From an uncultured cyanobacterium (lineage in GTDB: Bacteria; Cyanobacteriota; Cyanobacteriia; Cyanobacteriales; Nostocaceae), in contig OY970166.1 in NCBI GenBank assembly GCA_963706595.1, positions 1,248,001 to 1,312,000 of the forward strand: a stretch of 64,000 bases of DNA, given 5' to 3'. The translations under genes and the position numbers were made by a program. This document shows, piece by piece, positions 1 through 10,585 of this stretch (positions are counted from its first letter, which is position 1; every line of letters begins with the position of its first letter). Below the pieces are notes generated by a model. That model was not told where the DNA came from and did not search any database. It saw nothing but the letters and a program-made list of their open reading frames with translations.

Positions 1-225
1 GCCTTTGGTTTGAAAACAAAAAGCATTACCATTGAGAATGGGGTTTGGGTAGCAGCAGATTGTTTTGTCGCGCCAGGAGTGCAAATTGGGGCTAATGCTG
101 TCATTGGCGCTCGTAGTAGTGTTTTGACTGCTATGCCGAATGGACAGGTGTGTTGGGGAAATCCTTGTCGTCCTCAGTATCCCAGGGAAATTACTTCTGA
201 GTTGGAGTCAAAATCGGCAAAGTGA
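1..225 (+). CDS. C-terminal part of a hexapeptide-repeat acetyltransferase (WcaF-like), truncated by the window edge
   Basis: Left-handed beta-helix repeats ITIENGVWVAADCFVAPGVQIGANAVIGARSSV followed by the GNP motif; the reading frame is open to the window start. Confidence 0.8.
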   Translation, partial: AFGLKTKSITIENGVWVAADCFVAPGVQIGANAVIGARSSVLTAMPNGQVCWGNPCRPQYPREITSELESKSAK

Positions 226-365
226 CCACTGAGTGTAGAATAATATTTTTCTACCATAATTTAAAGAGCGATCGCCAGTCCTCATCCTCTTCCTTAATTA
301 AAATCTGTAGTGCTTGTCCAGGTTGCTGATCAGTCCGACATTTTCCAGTGAAATAGCAGCTTGAG

Positions 366-470
366 TATAGCATTTCCTAATCATATAAGGTATCTCATAG
401 CCTCCTCCTCGCTTGCGGGGAGGGGGTTGGGGGTGGGGTTCTTATATCTACTAAAATAGGAAACGCTATA
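366..470. mobile_element. MITE-like element with TATAGC ends
   Basis: Inverted ends TATAGCATTTCCTA / TAGGAAACGCTATA; the core is the reverse complement of the AAGAACCCCACCCCCAACCCCCTCCCCGCAAGCGAGG core at ~39925. Confidence 0.7.
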
Positions 471-628
471 GAAAGGAAATTAAAGATGAGAATGCGATCG
501 CTACTAAACTAAATCCTTTTTAGCCTTTAGCTTCGGATTAATTTATTGAAACAAGATTGACTCAATTTACTTTTAGTCATAAATACTAATATCATGCTTT
601 AAATATTGTGTCAATATTTGGGTTCTAA

Positions 629-1186
629 ATGATGTTATCTAATCAGACAGATACCGAAGTATTTCAGGCTTTGCGTTCGGGAAACCTGTCAGCTTTAGGT
701 ATCTTTTATGAACGCTATGGAGAGATAGTTTACCGAGTGGCGCTACGAATGTTAAAAAACGCCCAAGAAGCTGAAGACCTGACACAAGAGGTTTTTCTCA
801 GCCTTTGGCGTAGTGGTAAGTATGACTCTAAACGAGGCTCTATGCAGGCTTTTCTCACCATCCTCACCAGATCGAAAGCCATAGACCGCCTCCGTCAAAT
901 ACAAGCAAGATGGCAACGTTTGCAAAGATGGAATCATAGCTTTTCCGAAGAAAATAGGAATAGTTTGATGGATAAAGCTTCAATCAAAGAAACCTCAAAT
1001 CGTATCCGTGAAGCATTATCTGACTTACCTCCTCAGCAGCGACAAGTTTTAGAAATGGCTTACTACGACGGTTTGAGTCAATCAGAGATTTCTGAGGACT
1101 TAAAAATGCCTTTAGGAACAGTGAAAACTTATAAACGCAAGGCTTTATTAAAACTAAGACAAATATTACAAGATTTGGTGGAATAA
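629..1186 (+). CDS. ECF RNA polymerase sigma-70 factor (SigK-like)
   Basis: Region 2 AEDLTQEVF...W and region 4 LSQSEIS...PLGTVKT; adjacent anti-sigma gene. Confidence 0.92.
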   Translation: MMLSNQTDTEVFQALRSGNLSALGIFYERYGEIVYRVALRMLKNAQEAEDLTQEVFLSLWRSGKYDSKRGSMQAFLTILTRSKAIDRLRQIQARWQRLQRWNHSFSEENRNSLMDKASIKETSNRIREALSDLPPQQRQVLEMAYYDGLSQSEISEDLKMPLGTVKTYKRKALLKLRQILQDLVE

Positions 1187-1188
1187 TC

Positions 1189-1950
1189 ATGACAAACTTT
1201 CAAAATTTTGACGAATTACAAGAACTCTTAGCAGGTTATGTCCTGGGCGACCTAACTCCAGAAGAAATTGCTATGGTTAAACAGCTATTAGAAACCTGTC
1301 CAGAATTAAAAGATGAGATCAACAGATTAGAGAATAGTTTAGCTCTACTTTCTTGGGCTTTGCCGGAAACTTCACCTCCTGAATCTCTTGGTTCTAAAAT
1401 ATTACAGGCTGCGGCTGCATCTCCTGCTAATTCTGTAGTTTCCACATCAAACCGAATTTGGAAAAGACCTCAAGTTTGGGTTGGTGTTCTGGGAAGTATT
1501 GCGGCCTCTGTTGTCATTAGCTTGAGCCTATATAGTTATCGTCTACAACAACAAGTTACTGTTGCTCAAGCTGAACTATCCCGTTATCAGGAAACAATAG
1601 CCTTACTGCGTCAACCTAATAACCGTTTGCTAACACTAACAGGAACGAATGTAACTCCTGTAGCTTCTGGTAGTTTAGTAATTGCACCTAAGTCTGATGT
1701 GGCGTTACTTAGCCTGCAAAATTTAGATCAATTGCCCAAAGGTCAAATTTATCGCTTGTGGGCTGTAGTTGATAGTGAAAAAATATATTGTGGAGAGTTT
1801 AACCCTGATTCTCAAGGTAAAGTATTAATGCAACTCCCTCTAGATGAGTTTATGTCTGATTCTTCTCAGGCTTTGATCACTATTGAGCCATTAACAAAAA
1901 ATTCCCAACCAACTGGAAAAACTGTCATGACAGGCAGTATTTCATTATAA
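1189..1950 (+). CDS. Anti-sigma factor, RskA-like
   Basis: N-terminal ELLAGYVLGDL, single TM segment, C-terminal YRLWAV...ITIEP...PTG; starts 2 bp after the sigma stop. Confidence 0.88.
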   Translation: MTNFQNFDELQELLAGYVLGDLTPEEIAMVKQLLETCPELKDEINRLENSLALLSWALPETSPPESLGSKILQAAAASPANSVVSTSNRIWKRPQVWVGVLGSIAASVVISLSLYSYRLQQQVTVAQAELSRYQETIALLRQPNNRLLTLTGTNVTPVASGSLVIAPKSDVALLSLQNLDQLPKGQIYRLWAVVDSEKIYCGEFNPDSQGKVLMQLPLDEFMSDSSQALITIEPLTKNSQPTGKTVMTGSISL

Positions 1951-1951
1951 A

Positions 1952-2043
1952 TAGGACTTACGCAAAAACCTCTCAAACTCTTATTTCTCTGTGTACTCTG
2001 CGCCTCTGTGGTTCGTTTTTCCCTGACTTATGCGTAAGTCCTA
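1952..2043. mobile_element. MITE-like element with TAGGACTTACGCA terminal inverted repeats
   Basis: Perfect 13-bp IRs TAGGACTTACGCA/TGCGTAAGTCCTA; the same IRs occur at 28970-29161. Confidence 0.75.
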
Positions 2044-2355
2044 ATAAATAAAACTTTGATAATTAAAGTAGGTTGGGTAGAGGAACGTTAACCTAGTTTA
2101 CCGAAGGCGTAACCCAACAAATTATTGAAAATGTTGGATATCACCTTGTTTAAACCCTGACTTTTCACGGGATGTGGAAAAGAAAAAGCTGAGATATTGT
2201 TGTCTTCATCTTTCTGGTAAATAAATTACATCTTTTTTTTGTTTCGCGCATTCGCCGGAGGCGTTCCCGAAGGGTAGGCGCAAAGTCGCAAAGGAAGAAA
2301 TACTGAAAGTCGGAGTATAATATACATATATGAAAGCTGCTGTTATGATTAATTC

Positions 2356-3180
2356 ATGGTGGAGATAATTGCTGTTTTTATAATCATTGGGCTGATTGTG
2401 ATTGGTATTTTAGCCAGTCCGATTCTAATCAAACAGCGCCGCAATCGTATTAAACGCCGTCCTTTCCCTCCATTGTGGAATGCTATCATTGAAAACCATC
2501 TGCCGATTTATCTTCAGCTTTCACCTGATGAACGTCGCAGACTTCAGGGACATATTCAAGTATTTTTAGCAGAAAAGCAATTTATTGGTTGTGGGGGTTT
2601 GCAAGTAACAGCAGAAATGAAGGTAACTATTGCTGCTGTGGCTTGTTTACTTTTACTCAATGAACGCGGAAAATATTTTCCGCAACTGCGTTCTATTTTA
2701 ATTTACCCCAGGACATATTTTGTGAATCAAACTGTAGCAACGGGAAATTATGTAGTCGAAGAAAGACGGGAGGCGAGATTGGGCGAATCTTGGACTCAAG
2801 ACCAAGTAATATTATCTTGGGAACAGGTTGAACAAGATACTGGTAACTGGAAGGATGGACATAATGTTGTCCTACACGAATTTGCTCATCAGTTAGACCA
2901 AGAGGGTAGAATAGCTAACGGTGTGCCTATTTTACAGCGAAACTCAGATTATCCTGTGTGGGCGCAGGTGATGACAGCAGAATATCAACAACTTTGTCAT
3001 GATATTACCAGAAACGTCAAAACTGTCATGGATGGCTATGGTACGATTAATCCGGCTGAGTTTTTTGCTGTGGCTACGGAAACATTCTATGAAAAACCAC
3101 GCCAGTTAAAGCGAAAGCATCCAGCACTGTATGAGCAATTACAACGGTATTATCAATTAGACCCCGTGCAGTGGACTTAA
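2356..3180 (+). CDS. Zinc-dependent peptidase M90 family (MtfA-like)
   Basis: GHNVVLHEFAHQLD zinc motif, NPAEFFAVATETF, N-terminal TM segment. Confidence 0.9.
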   Translation: MVEIIAVFIIIGLIVIGILASPILIKQRRNRIKRRPFPPLWNAIIENHLPIYLQLSPDERRRLQGHIQVFLAEKQFIGCGGLQVTAEMKVTIAAVACLLLLNERGKYFPQLRSILIYPRTYFVNQTVATGNYVVEERREARLGESWTQDQVILSWEQVEQDTGNWKDGHNVVLHEFAHQLDQEGRIANGVPILQRNSDYPVWAQVMTAEYQQLCHDITRNVKTVMDGYGTINPAEFFAVATETFYEKPRQLKRKHPALYEQLQRYYQLDPVQWT

Positions 3181-4209
3181 GGATAAATCCATTAAATTCG
3201 CTAGTTTGTAAACAATTCGCGCCCCGACGTTACCATCCCACTCAGCATCACCGACTTCGCAGATATCAAAACCGATAATTTTGCGATTACTTTTAATCAA
3301 TTCCCGGAATAAACAAAAAGTTTGCTCTAATTCTAACCCACCAGGAACAGGAGTACCCGTACTGGGGCAGAGTTTGGGATCAAGTCCATCCACATCAAAG
3401 CTAAGATAAACGTACTCTGGTAAATGACTGATAATTTCTCGGCAGATATCAATCCAAGTGCTGCCAGCGTAGAGCTTTTGTTTGATAATTGGGTCATAAT
3501 AAGCGATAATTCGACCATCTGATTGATCAATCATTTTCACTTCATCATGAGAAATATCACGCAAGCCTACCTGGACTAATTTGGAAATCTGCGGAATTTT
3601 CAGCCCATTAAACATAATCGAAGCATGAGAAAACTCAAACCCCTCATAAGCATCGCGTAAATCTGCGTGGGCATCAATATGTAAAATGCCATAGTTGGGA
3701 TACTTAGCGGCTAATGCTTGGAAGTAACCTAATGGTACACTGTGATCTCCACCAATGACTGCAACACGCTTTCCCTGATTCATTGCGGCTTGACATTGGG
3801 TAAATAACCATTGATTCACCTGTTCACCAGCTTGATTAATTTCTGTCAGCACAGGGGTTAAATCGGGTGTAGCGGTCAGTTGTTCACCTTGTGCTAGTCG
3901 TTCAATAATTTTGGCTGCTAAGGTGCGATAATATTCATTTTTTTCTAAAATATCTTGGGGAATTTCCATCATGAAAATTCCTTGTTTCCAGCCATTAGGA
4001 TGATCGAAATCGAATAAATCTAGTTGTATCGAAGCATCGAGTATTTGCTGTGGTGCTTTGGCTGTACCAGCACCATAAGATACTGTGACTTCCCAAGGTA
4101 CAGGAATGACAATCAAGTTTGCAGACTCATAATCGCATGGTAAACCGAAGATGTTACCATTGATTTCACCTACGCCACTGGGATTGTAGTCTGGTTGTTG
4201 AATAGTCAT
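3157..4209 (-). CDS. speB: Agmatinase/arginase (ureohydrolase) family protein
   Basis: GGDHS, DAHADLRD and SFDVDGLDP...TGTPVPGG Mn-binding motifs. Confidence 0.85.
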   Translation of the reverse strand: MTIQQPDYNPSGVGEINGNIFGLPCDYESANLIVIPVPWEVTVSYGAGTAKAPQQILDASIQLDLFDFDHPNGWKQGIFMMEIPQDILEKNEYYRTLAAKIIERLAQGEQLTATPDLTPVLTEINQAGEQVNQWLFTQCQAAMNQGKRVAVIGGDHSVPLGYFQALAAKYPNYGILHIDAHADLRDAYEGFEFSHASIMFNGLKIPQISKLVQVGLRDISHDEVKMIDQSDGRIIAYYDPIIKQKLYAGSTWIDICREIISHLPEYVYLSFDVDGLDPKLCPSTGTPVPGGLELEQTFCLFRELIKSNRKIIGFDICEVGDAEWDGNVGARIVYKLANLMDLSLSPLHGV

Positions 4210-4315
4210 GGTTTTGGATTTACACGCAGGGGTAAGCTCTCACTATTTTAACTAAAAAATGGTGCTGGTGATTTCAAGGATAAATTTATCTACCTCACTC
4301 AGATGAAATTTGCTG

Positions 4316-5827
4316 TCATGATGACAATGCGGCAATTATTTCGTCAAAATTGCGGTGATATACCTGTTGTCCATAGTTGTTCCATGCTTCGTCTGACGAG
4401 TGGGGAAACCTTGTTAATGTTGCTTGTTGAATATATTTCATCATGGGGCGACGCAGATTTTCGTATTTCTCAAAGGCTGTAGCGATCGCCTCCCCATTAT
4501 CCCACTTATTTGTCTCGGCAATCTGAGCAATTAACGTTGTCACTGCTAGCGCATCTTCAAATCCTTGATTAACCCCTTGTGCCATAAAAGGAGGCATACC
4601 ATGAGCTGCATCACCCACTAATACCACACGTCCTCTACTCCAGCTTGGTTGACTTTTGCTCTCAGATGTGGTCGCGTGGTGAATGTAGTATGGGCGTTGC
4701 TGCATATTAGCAGGGGGAGATAGTCGAACTAATTCCTGAAGTATATCGGGATAGCCAGCTTTCTCTAACTGCTGCATTGCTAATTCCAGCAAAGAACTTT
4801 CAGATTTATCTTCTAAGGATTCCAAAGAGACAGCCAGATGTAAAATGTATCCCATGAGCATACCTGGTCTGCGAAATAACATCATCCTTAGCTCATCCAG
4901 AGAATCGGTAATTTCGGAAGCATTACTGATAGTGACAATGGGTGAATCTTGAAAAAACTTATCTTCAAGTTGTGTCTGTAGTTCCTGGGGAATTTCGGTG
5001 ATTTCCCGACAAGATATAGCTGCAAATCCCGAATATTTAGGTTGTGCAGAATCACTATAGGGAGTATCTTTGTAAAGTACTTTCCGAATTGTCGAATTAA
5101 TACCATCTGCTGCTACAATTAGTTTAGCTCGGAATGATTTTGTTACTGATTCTTGAGAATTATTATCTAAAATTTCCGGCTGGCTATTCTCAACTTTTTG
5201 TCCATCAGCCCAATAAGCATAGGGGTTGGCTTCTGTTCCTAGATTAGAAACGCAATCTATCCGAACACACCCATTTTCTGGCTCATCTACAACATTGATA
5301 CAACGATGATTGATTTTAACTCTGTCTTCAGGAATGAGATTTCTGAGGGTGGTTTGCAAATTATACCAAGCAATTGATACTCGACCCTCGCCATAATTTT
5401 GAAACCAATGATCAAACCCCAGAGGAGTTGACCGAATAGTTTCCCCCTGCAAATTCTTATAAACCCATTCAGGTGAATTTTTCGCAGGTTTTTCTCCCTG
5501 AGTTTTTTCGCCATTAGACTGAGGGGAATTCATGAACCCCATCCCAGTTTTCTTAACAGCTTCGTAAGCTTGAGTATCTAAATGTTTGAGAGATTTTAAA
5601 CCATTGGGAAGAATATCTAATACCTGACCAACTTGACGAAAAGCGCGAGTTTGATCAACAATCAGAATATTTTCTATCCCACATTTACGTAAGCCAATAG
5701 CTGTTGCTAATCCGATAGGTCCAGCGCCAACTATCACAACATCATAGATTTCCATAGATCCGTCCAGGCTTAAATTCTCTGTATTTATACGCTGACTTGG
5801 TTGCATAGTAGGCATATTTATATACAT
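4316..5827 (-). CDS. FAD-dependent monooxygenase (class A flavoprotein hydroxylase)
   Basis: GAGPIG Rossmann motif, AADGINS DG motif, LVGDAAHGMPP...QG GD motif. Confidence 0.88.
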   Translation of the reverse strand: MYINMPTMQPSQRINTENLSLDGSMEIYDVVIVGAGPIGLATAIGLRKCGIENILIVDQTRAFRQVGQVLDILPNGLKSLKHLDTQAYEAVKKTGMGFMNSPQSNGEKTQGEKPAKNSPEWVYKNLQGETIRSTPLGFDHWFQNYGEGRVSIAWYNLQTTLRNLIPEDRVKINHRCINVVDEPENGCVRIDCVSNLGTEANPYAYWADGQKVENSQPEILDNNSQESVTKSFRAKLIVAADGINSTIRKVLYKDTPYSDSAQPKYSGFAAISCREITEIPQELQTQLEDKFFQDSPIVTISNASEITDSLDELRMMLFRRPGMLMGYILHLAVSLESLEDKSESSLLELAMQQLEKAGYPDILQELVRLSPPANMQQRPYYIHHATTSESKSQPSWSRGRVVLVGDAAHGMPPFMAQGVNQGFEDALAVTTLIAQIAETNKWDNGEAIATAFEKYENLRRPMMKYIQQATLTRFPHSSDEAWNNYGQQVYHRNFDEIIAALSS

Positions 5828-5986
5828 TGATAGTGATGAGAGGTTAGTGAAGACAGGAAGTAATAGCTATCAATTAACATACCATCAGCAAGGATGATTA
5901 AAAGCCGTCATAATATTTATTATCCCAAACTCTTACTCCCGAACGGGTGCGGAATGTGAGATTTAACAAAATCTATTGTTTTAATT

Positions 5987-6466
5987 ATGTCTTTAGCCAA
6001 TCAACAAGTTAACTATTCCGATCAAGTTGCTGCACCTACATGGAAAATTAAGCTGCTATATGACGGTGAATGCCCTTTGTGTGTGCGTGAAGTCAACTTT
6101 TTGCGAAAACGGGATGCTGGTCGCGGTTTGGTGGCTTTTGTGGATATTGCCGATGATGATTATACGCCTGAAGAACATGGTGGGGTTGACTTTGAAACGG
6201 CGATGGGGCGCATTCATGCGGTTTTACCAGATGGGACGCTGGTGAAAAATGTTGAGGTTTTTCGTCGCATTTATGAAACCCTGGGAATGGGTTGGATTTA
6301 TGCCATTACTAAGTTACCAATTTTTGGGGCGATCGCAGATTTTATTTATGGCATTTGGGCTGACTGGCGACTCTCTCTCACCGGAAGACCGAATTTAACA
6401 ACTATTATTTCTCAACGTCAGCAGAAGGTTGAGTGTAACACCGAGGGGCGCTGTCGTACTGACTAG
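5987..6466 (+). CDS. DCC-family thiol-disulfide oxidoreductase (DUF393)
   Basis: LLYDGECPLC DxxCxxC motif. Confidence 0.88.
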   Translation: MSLANQQVNYSDQVAAPTWKIKLLYDGECPLCVREVNFLRKRDAGRGLVAFVDIADDDYTPEEHGGVDFETAMGRIHAVLPDGTLVKNVEVFRRIYETLGMGWIYAITKLPIFGAIADFIYGIWADWRLSLTGRPNLTTIISQRQQKVECNTEGRCRTD

Positions 6467-8226
6467 AATGGCGTTTCTGCTTGTAGATGCAGGGTTTTGC
6501 CTAACTGGGGATGTTCAAAGCGCAGTTCTCTGGCGTGTAAATGTAAGCGACTGGCTACAGCATTGCATCCATACAGGCGATCGCCTAAAATAGTAATCCC
6601 CAATCCTCTTGTATCAGCAGCATGAACTCTCAATTGGTGGGTGCGTCCTGTTAAGGGGATAAACTCGACACGCGGATAATTTCCTTCTCTCCCGATCACC
6701 CGGAATTTAGTTAAGCTGGCTTTACCATGTTGCCAATTCACTTGTTGATAAGGGCGATTTTCCGGATTTCCCCATAACGGTAGTTCAATTACACCTTGTT
6801 CAACTGTCAGAGAACCGGAAAGTATAGCCTCATAAACCTTGTGAATTTGCCGTTGCTGAAATTGCTGGCTCAGTTGTCGATGAATTTCCCTAACCCGCGT
6901 TAGTAGTAAAATACCAGAAGTTTCCTGATCTAGTCGATGCACCGTCATAATTTCCGCATCATCTGGAAACCAATAACGCCAGCGACTCAGCACACTATCT
7001 TGAGTCTCCCGATAACGACCAGGAACCGAAAGTAACCCTGGGGGTTTGTTCACAGCAATCAGCCATTCATCTTCATAAATAATCGGGAAATTTATCTGAC
7101 TTTTCACGTTATGTGGAAAAGCTAACGCGAAACCTAACCCCCTAACCCCCTTCCCTAGCAGGGAAGGGGGAAAATTTAAAGCCTCTCTCCTTGCAGGGGA
7201 GAGGTTTGGAGAGGGGTTTTCCAGATTCCGTGAATCGCTTTTATTTGTCCTTGCTGGGGCTGGGGAATCAGATTTTAACCCCGAAAGCAAAAACCCCATT
7301 AACGGCTGACAACGCTCAACACAGGCTGCGATAAAATTCTCCCTGTACTTTGTCCTGATTTTCTGAAGTTTCTCCCCACCAAAATTCCGCCATTGCTAGA
7401 GGTTTAAATCCATGATTAGCTGCATAGTGCAGCAGCTTCGGCGCACAACAATCTCCCGTACCCGTAGGTATAGACCCGGCTGGCATTAATTTTTGTAAAG
7501 ATGCCGATTGCCCTAAAAAATTCATTAGGGAATAAGCCTCGTGCATTTGCGCCTGTAATTGGCGAGATAATGCTTTACGCCGTTGTTTTAGATGACTGTA
7601 TCTGTTTGTCTGCGGCTGCAATCAACTGCTTGTAAAGGTTGCAACACAGCATTTCGTTGGGCTTTGAGTTTGCGGCGTTCAATTCCTTGCTGACGGCTTT
7701 CTTCTTCCAGTTTTGCCAAAGCAGTAGTCAGTGCTTCCCCGGTGAGTTCTTGGTTATATTGCTGACGTTTTGTGTCGCGTTCTTGCTTCGAGTTACGATG
7801 GAAATTACTCATCTGTTGCAACTGCTGCTCAAACTCATAAGATAGAATTTCATACTGCTGTCTTTCTCTGAGTTCCTTGAGAGTAATTAATTCCTGCTTG
7901 ATATTCTCTAATTCAGCTAAAGTCTGTCCTTCCTCTACAGCTACTTCATCTCGTCCCGGAATTGGTGGAACCCAACCTGCAATTACACTGCAACCATTGA
8001 GAAGACCAGAAAATGCTTTTAAAACTTGCGTTTCGCCTGTAGGAAGTTCAACCAGCAAAACACCATACATCTTCCCCTCCTGATTATAAACCGCATCGGT
8101 CGCTAAATCTTGCATTAAATTACGAGCGATCGCCTCCACAAAAACCGTCCGGGGTAATCTCAAGCATTCCCCACTGACAGGACAAAACCCCTCATACCAA
8201 TAACTAACCCTGAAATCACCCACCAT
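6463..8226 (-). pseudogene. RluA-family pseudouridine synthase with long N-terminal coiled-coil domain, split by three apparent +1 frameshifts (ORFs 7588-8226, 7316-7621, 6463-7299)
   Basis: GKMYGVLLV, GTGDCCAPKLLHYA, NKPPGLLSVPG, HRLDQETSG and TGRTHQLRVH motifs are distributed over successive frames; either a real pseudogene or sequencing indels. Confidence 0.75.
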
Positions 8227-8350
8227 ATTACTAAAAACTTCCTCCTCTCTTGGCGAACTTGGCGACTTGGCGGTTCGTTAAATCCAACCAACCATGCCAA
8301 TATAGAAACAATAAGCATAAAACTCAGCAAGAGGAAGGCCAAAAAACGCG

Positions 8351-9310
8351 GTGCAGATAACATTTTTAGGGACAAGTTCTGGAGTACCCACGCGATCGCG
8401 CAATGTTTCCAGCATAGCGCTGAGATTACCCCAAAGAGCAGAACTGTGGCTATTAGACTGTGGCGAAGGTACTCAGCATCAACTTTTGCGGAGTGACCTA
8501 AAAATGAGTCAACTATCCCGAATATTCATCACCCATCTGCACGGCGACCATATTTTTGGCTTAATGGGACTGCTTGCGAGTTGTGGGTTAGCTGGTAATG
8601 TGCAACGAGTGGATCTCTATGGACCACCGGGATTAAACGAATACATCCAAGCCGCCACACGTTACTCACACACACATTTTTCCTATCCGGTGAAAGTTCA
8701 TGTCGTCCAACCCGGAATCATTTATGAAGATGATGAATTTACCGTTAGCTGTAGTCCTTTACATCACCGCATTACAGCATTTGGTTATCGCATAGCCGAA
8801 AAAGATCGCCCAGGACGCTTTGATATCGAAAAAGCCAAAGCCTTAGAAATTCCCCCTGGTAGAGTTTACGGTCAACTCAAGCGGGGTGAAACAGTAACAC
8901 TCACAGATGGACGAGTAATTAAGGGTACTGAATTATGTGGACCAACAGAAATTGGCCGCAAAATAGCTTATTGTACAGATACGATTTATTCCGATGGTGC
9001 AGTAGAATTGGCGCAAGATGCCGATGTCTTAATTCATGAAGCTACCTTTGCCCATCAAGACGCAGATTTAGCTTTTCAGCGACTGCATTCTACAACCACA
9101 ATGGCAGCGCAAACAGCCTTAGTAGCTGGGGCGCATAAATTAATTATGACACATTTCAGTCCCCGCTATGCGCCGGGAAACATTATAGAACTCAAAGATT
9201 TACTTCATGAAGCCAGAGCAATTTTTCCCAAAACAGATATGGCTTATGATTTCATGGCTTATAGTGTACCCAGGCGACGGGAAGCAGAGTTAACTCCAAT
9301 AAATAATTAA
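8351..9310 (+). CDS. rnz: Ribonuclease Z
   Basis: FLGTSSGVP, DCGEGTQ, THLHGDH, HEATF, HFSPRY. Confidence 0.95.
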   Translation: MQITFLGTSSGVPTRSRNVSSIALRLPQRAELWLLDCGEGTQHQLLRSDLKMSQLSRIFITHLHGDHIFGLMGLLASCGLAGNVQRVDLYGPPGLNEYIQAATRYSHTHFSYPVKVHVVQPGIIYEDDEFTVSCSPLHHRITAFGYRIAEKDRPGRFDIEKAKALEIPPGRVYGQLKRGETVTLTDGRVIKGTELCGPTEIGRKIAYCTDTIYSDGAVELAQDADVLIHEATFAHQDADLAFQRLHSTTTMAAQTALVAGAHKLIMTHFSPRYAPGNIIELKDLLHEARAIFPKTDMAYDFMAYSVPRRREAELTPINN

Positions 9311-9382
9311 TATTCTGTCTTTTTTTCTATCTTTGTATACTTTGCGTCCTTTGATTAAATCACCCCAAATCCTTTAAAAGTA

Positions 9383-9487
9383 GTAGCGTGGCAAGCTTAA
9401 AATGGGGCATTAGGAAAAAGCAGACAACATTGATTTATCTCGATTTTCTCAAAAATCTATTGCAACATTTTAGCCTTGTCACGCCAG
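9383..9487. mobile_element. 105-bp MITE with IS630-type ends, flanked by TA
   Basis: Ends GTAGCGTGGCAAGCTTAAAATG / CATTTTAGCCTTGTCACGCCAG match the ends of the IS630 at 33152-34400; near-copies at 34403-34507 and 46644-46748. Confidence 0.85.
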
Positions 9488-9729
9488 TAGGGTGTGTTAT
9501 GCCGAAGGCTAACGCACCATCCCAGATTTTCGGTGCGTTAGGACTAAAGTCCATAACGCACCCTACCGAAAGAAAATGAGTGCAGGTAATATTTTCCGAC
9601 TTGTGTGTACACGGTAGCCCTTTGGGAGAAGGTGAGACGCTACGCTGAACCGTATTCGCGTAACGTTATATAGAATTGGGATCACACCGTCGATGGCCAT
9701 CCCATCTCACATTCAATACCACCCTGAAT

Positions 9730-10110
9730 TTATTTTGGTTTAGTGTTGGATATCAATCCTTTTACTTCTGGAGTTCTCAGTAATTCTTTACGTTTAGCCT
9801 CAGACCAATTTACCAACCATGCGATTGGTCGTTCCACCAAAATGTCAAGGGTTGTAGAAAAAAGTTTTTCAGGTGATACCTGAGCAGTTTCTAACCAGTG
9901 GCGAAAGTCTTTACCACTGCGGTAAGCTACACTCCACAACCAGACGACAATTACCACAAAGAACAGAGTCACTAAAAAAACTAGTCTCCCGGCTTGCTGG
10001 AGCAACTTCCAAGTCTTGAGTGCAGCTTGTTTGAAAGTCAAAGTTGTATCTTTATCAGACAAGGTTTGCCATAATTCAATGGCTTGATAGTTAATCGGGT
10101 TAGGGTTCAT
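9730..10110 (-). CDS. Hypothetical membrane protein, divergent from the CIS operon
   Basis: 126-aa ORF with one hydrophobic segment (LVFLVTLFFVVIVVWLW). Confidence 0.65.
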   Translation of the reverse strand: MNPNPINYQAIELWQTLSDKDTTLTFKQAALKTWKLLQQAGRLVFLVTLFFVVIVVWLWSVAYRSGKDFRHWLETAQVSPEKLFSTTLDILVERPIAWLVNWSEAKRKELLRTPEVKGLISNTKPK

Positions 10111-10520
10111 GGGTTTTGTAAGTGCTGAGTGGGGGATAATTTTAATTTATACTCTGGTCTGCCCTTGTGACCTTGAGCGCGTAGGGTGAGGGTTTGAGTA
10201 ATTTTTTATAACAAAACTTCTGACAAGATTTTACTCATAAATGGGACTATTTGCAGCAAAGTACCAAATTGAGGACACAATTTGTATCAGTCTATCAAAA
10301 TCACAGATTCATTGTGTTCTCAGAAGCTGATAGCATAAAATATTACATGATTTTGATAAATCTAGATATGATGTAATGAATTAACGTTAACTATCTAGTC
10401 AAGATGTTTACAAATCTGGGTTAATTGCTAGCAAAGCGTTATTGTGAGTCGTAAAATAATTCGTAATTCGTAATTAAGTAAAGTGTCCGAAATATGGGGG
10501 GAATATTTTTCTTTCTTCTC

Positions 10521-10574
10521 CCCCCTGCCCCCTGCTCCCTGCCCCCCTGCCCCCTGCACCCTGCCCCCCTGCCT
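10521..10574. repeat. STRR-type short tandem repeat (CCCTGC[C/T/A])n
   Basis: Degenerate 7-8-mer array; similar arrays at ~32303-32387, 62550-62690 and 63380-63408. Confidence 0.8.
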
Positions 10575-10585
10575 CCTTTAAAATA

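Noticed and set aside
10499..10507. GGGAATATT upstream of the CIS operon as a SigJ-type (hormogonium) promoter box
   Set aside because: One mismatch to the motif as I recall it and no supporting upstream element; too weak without TSS data
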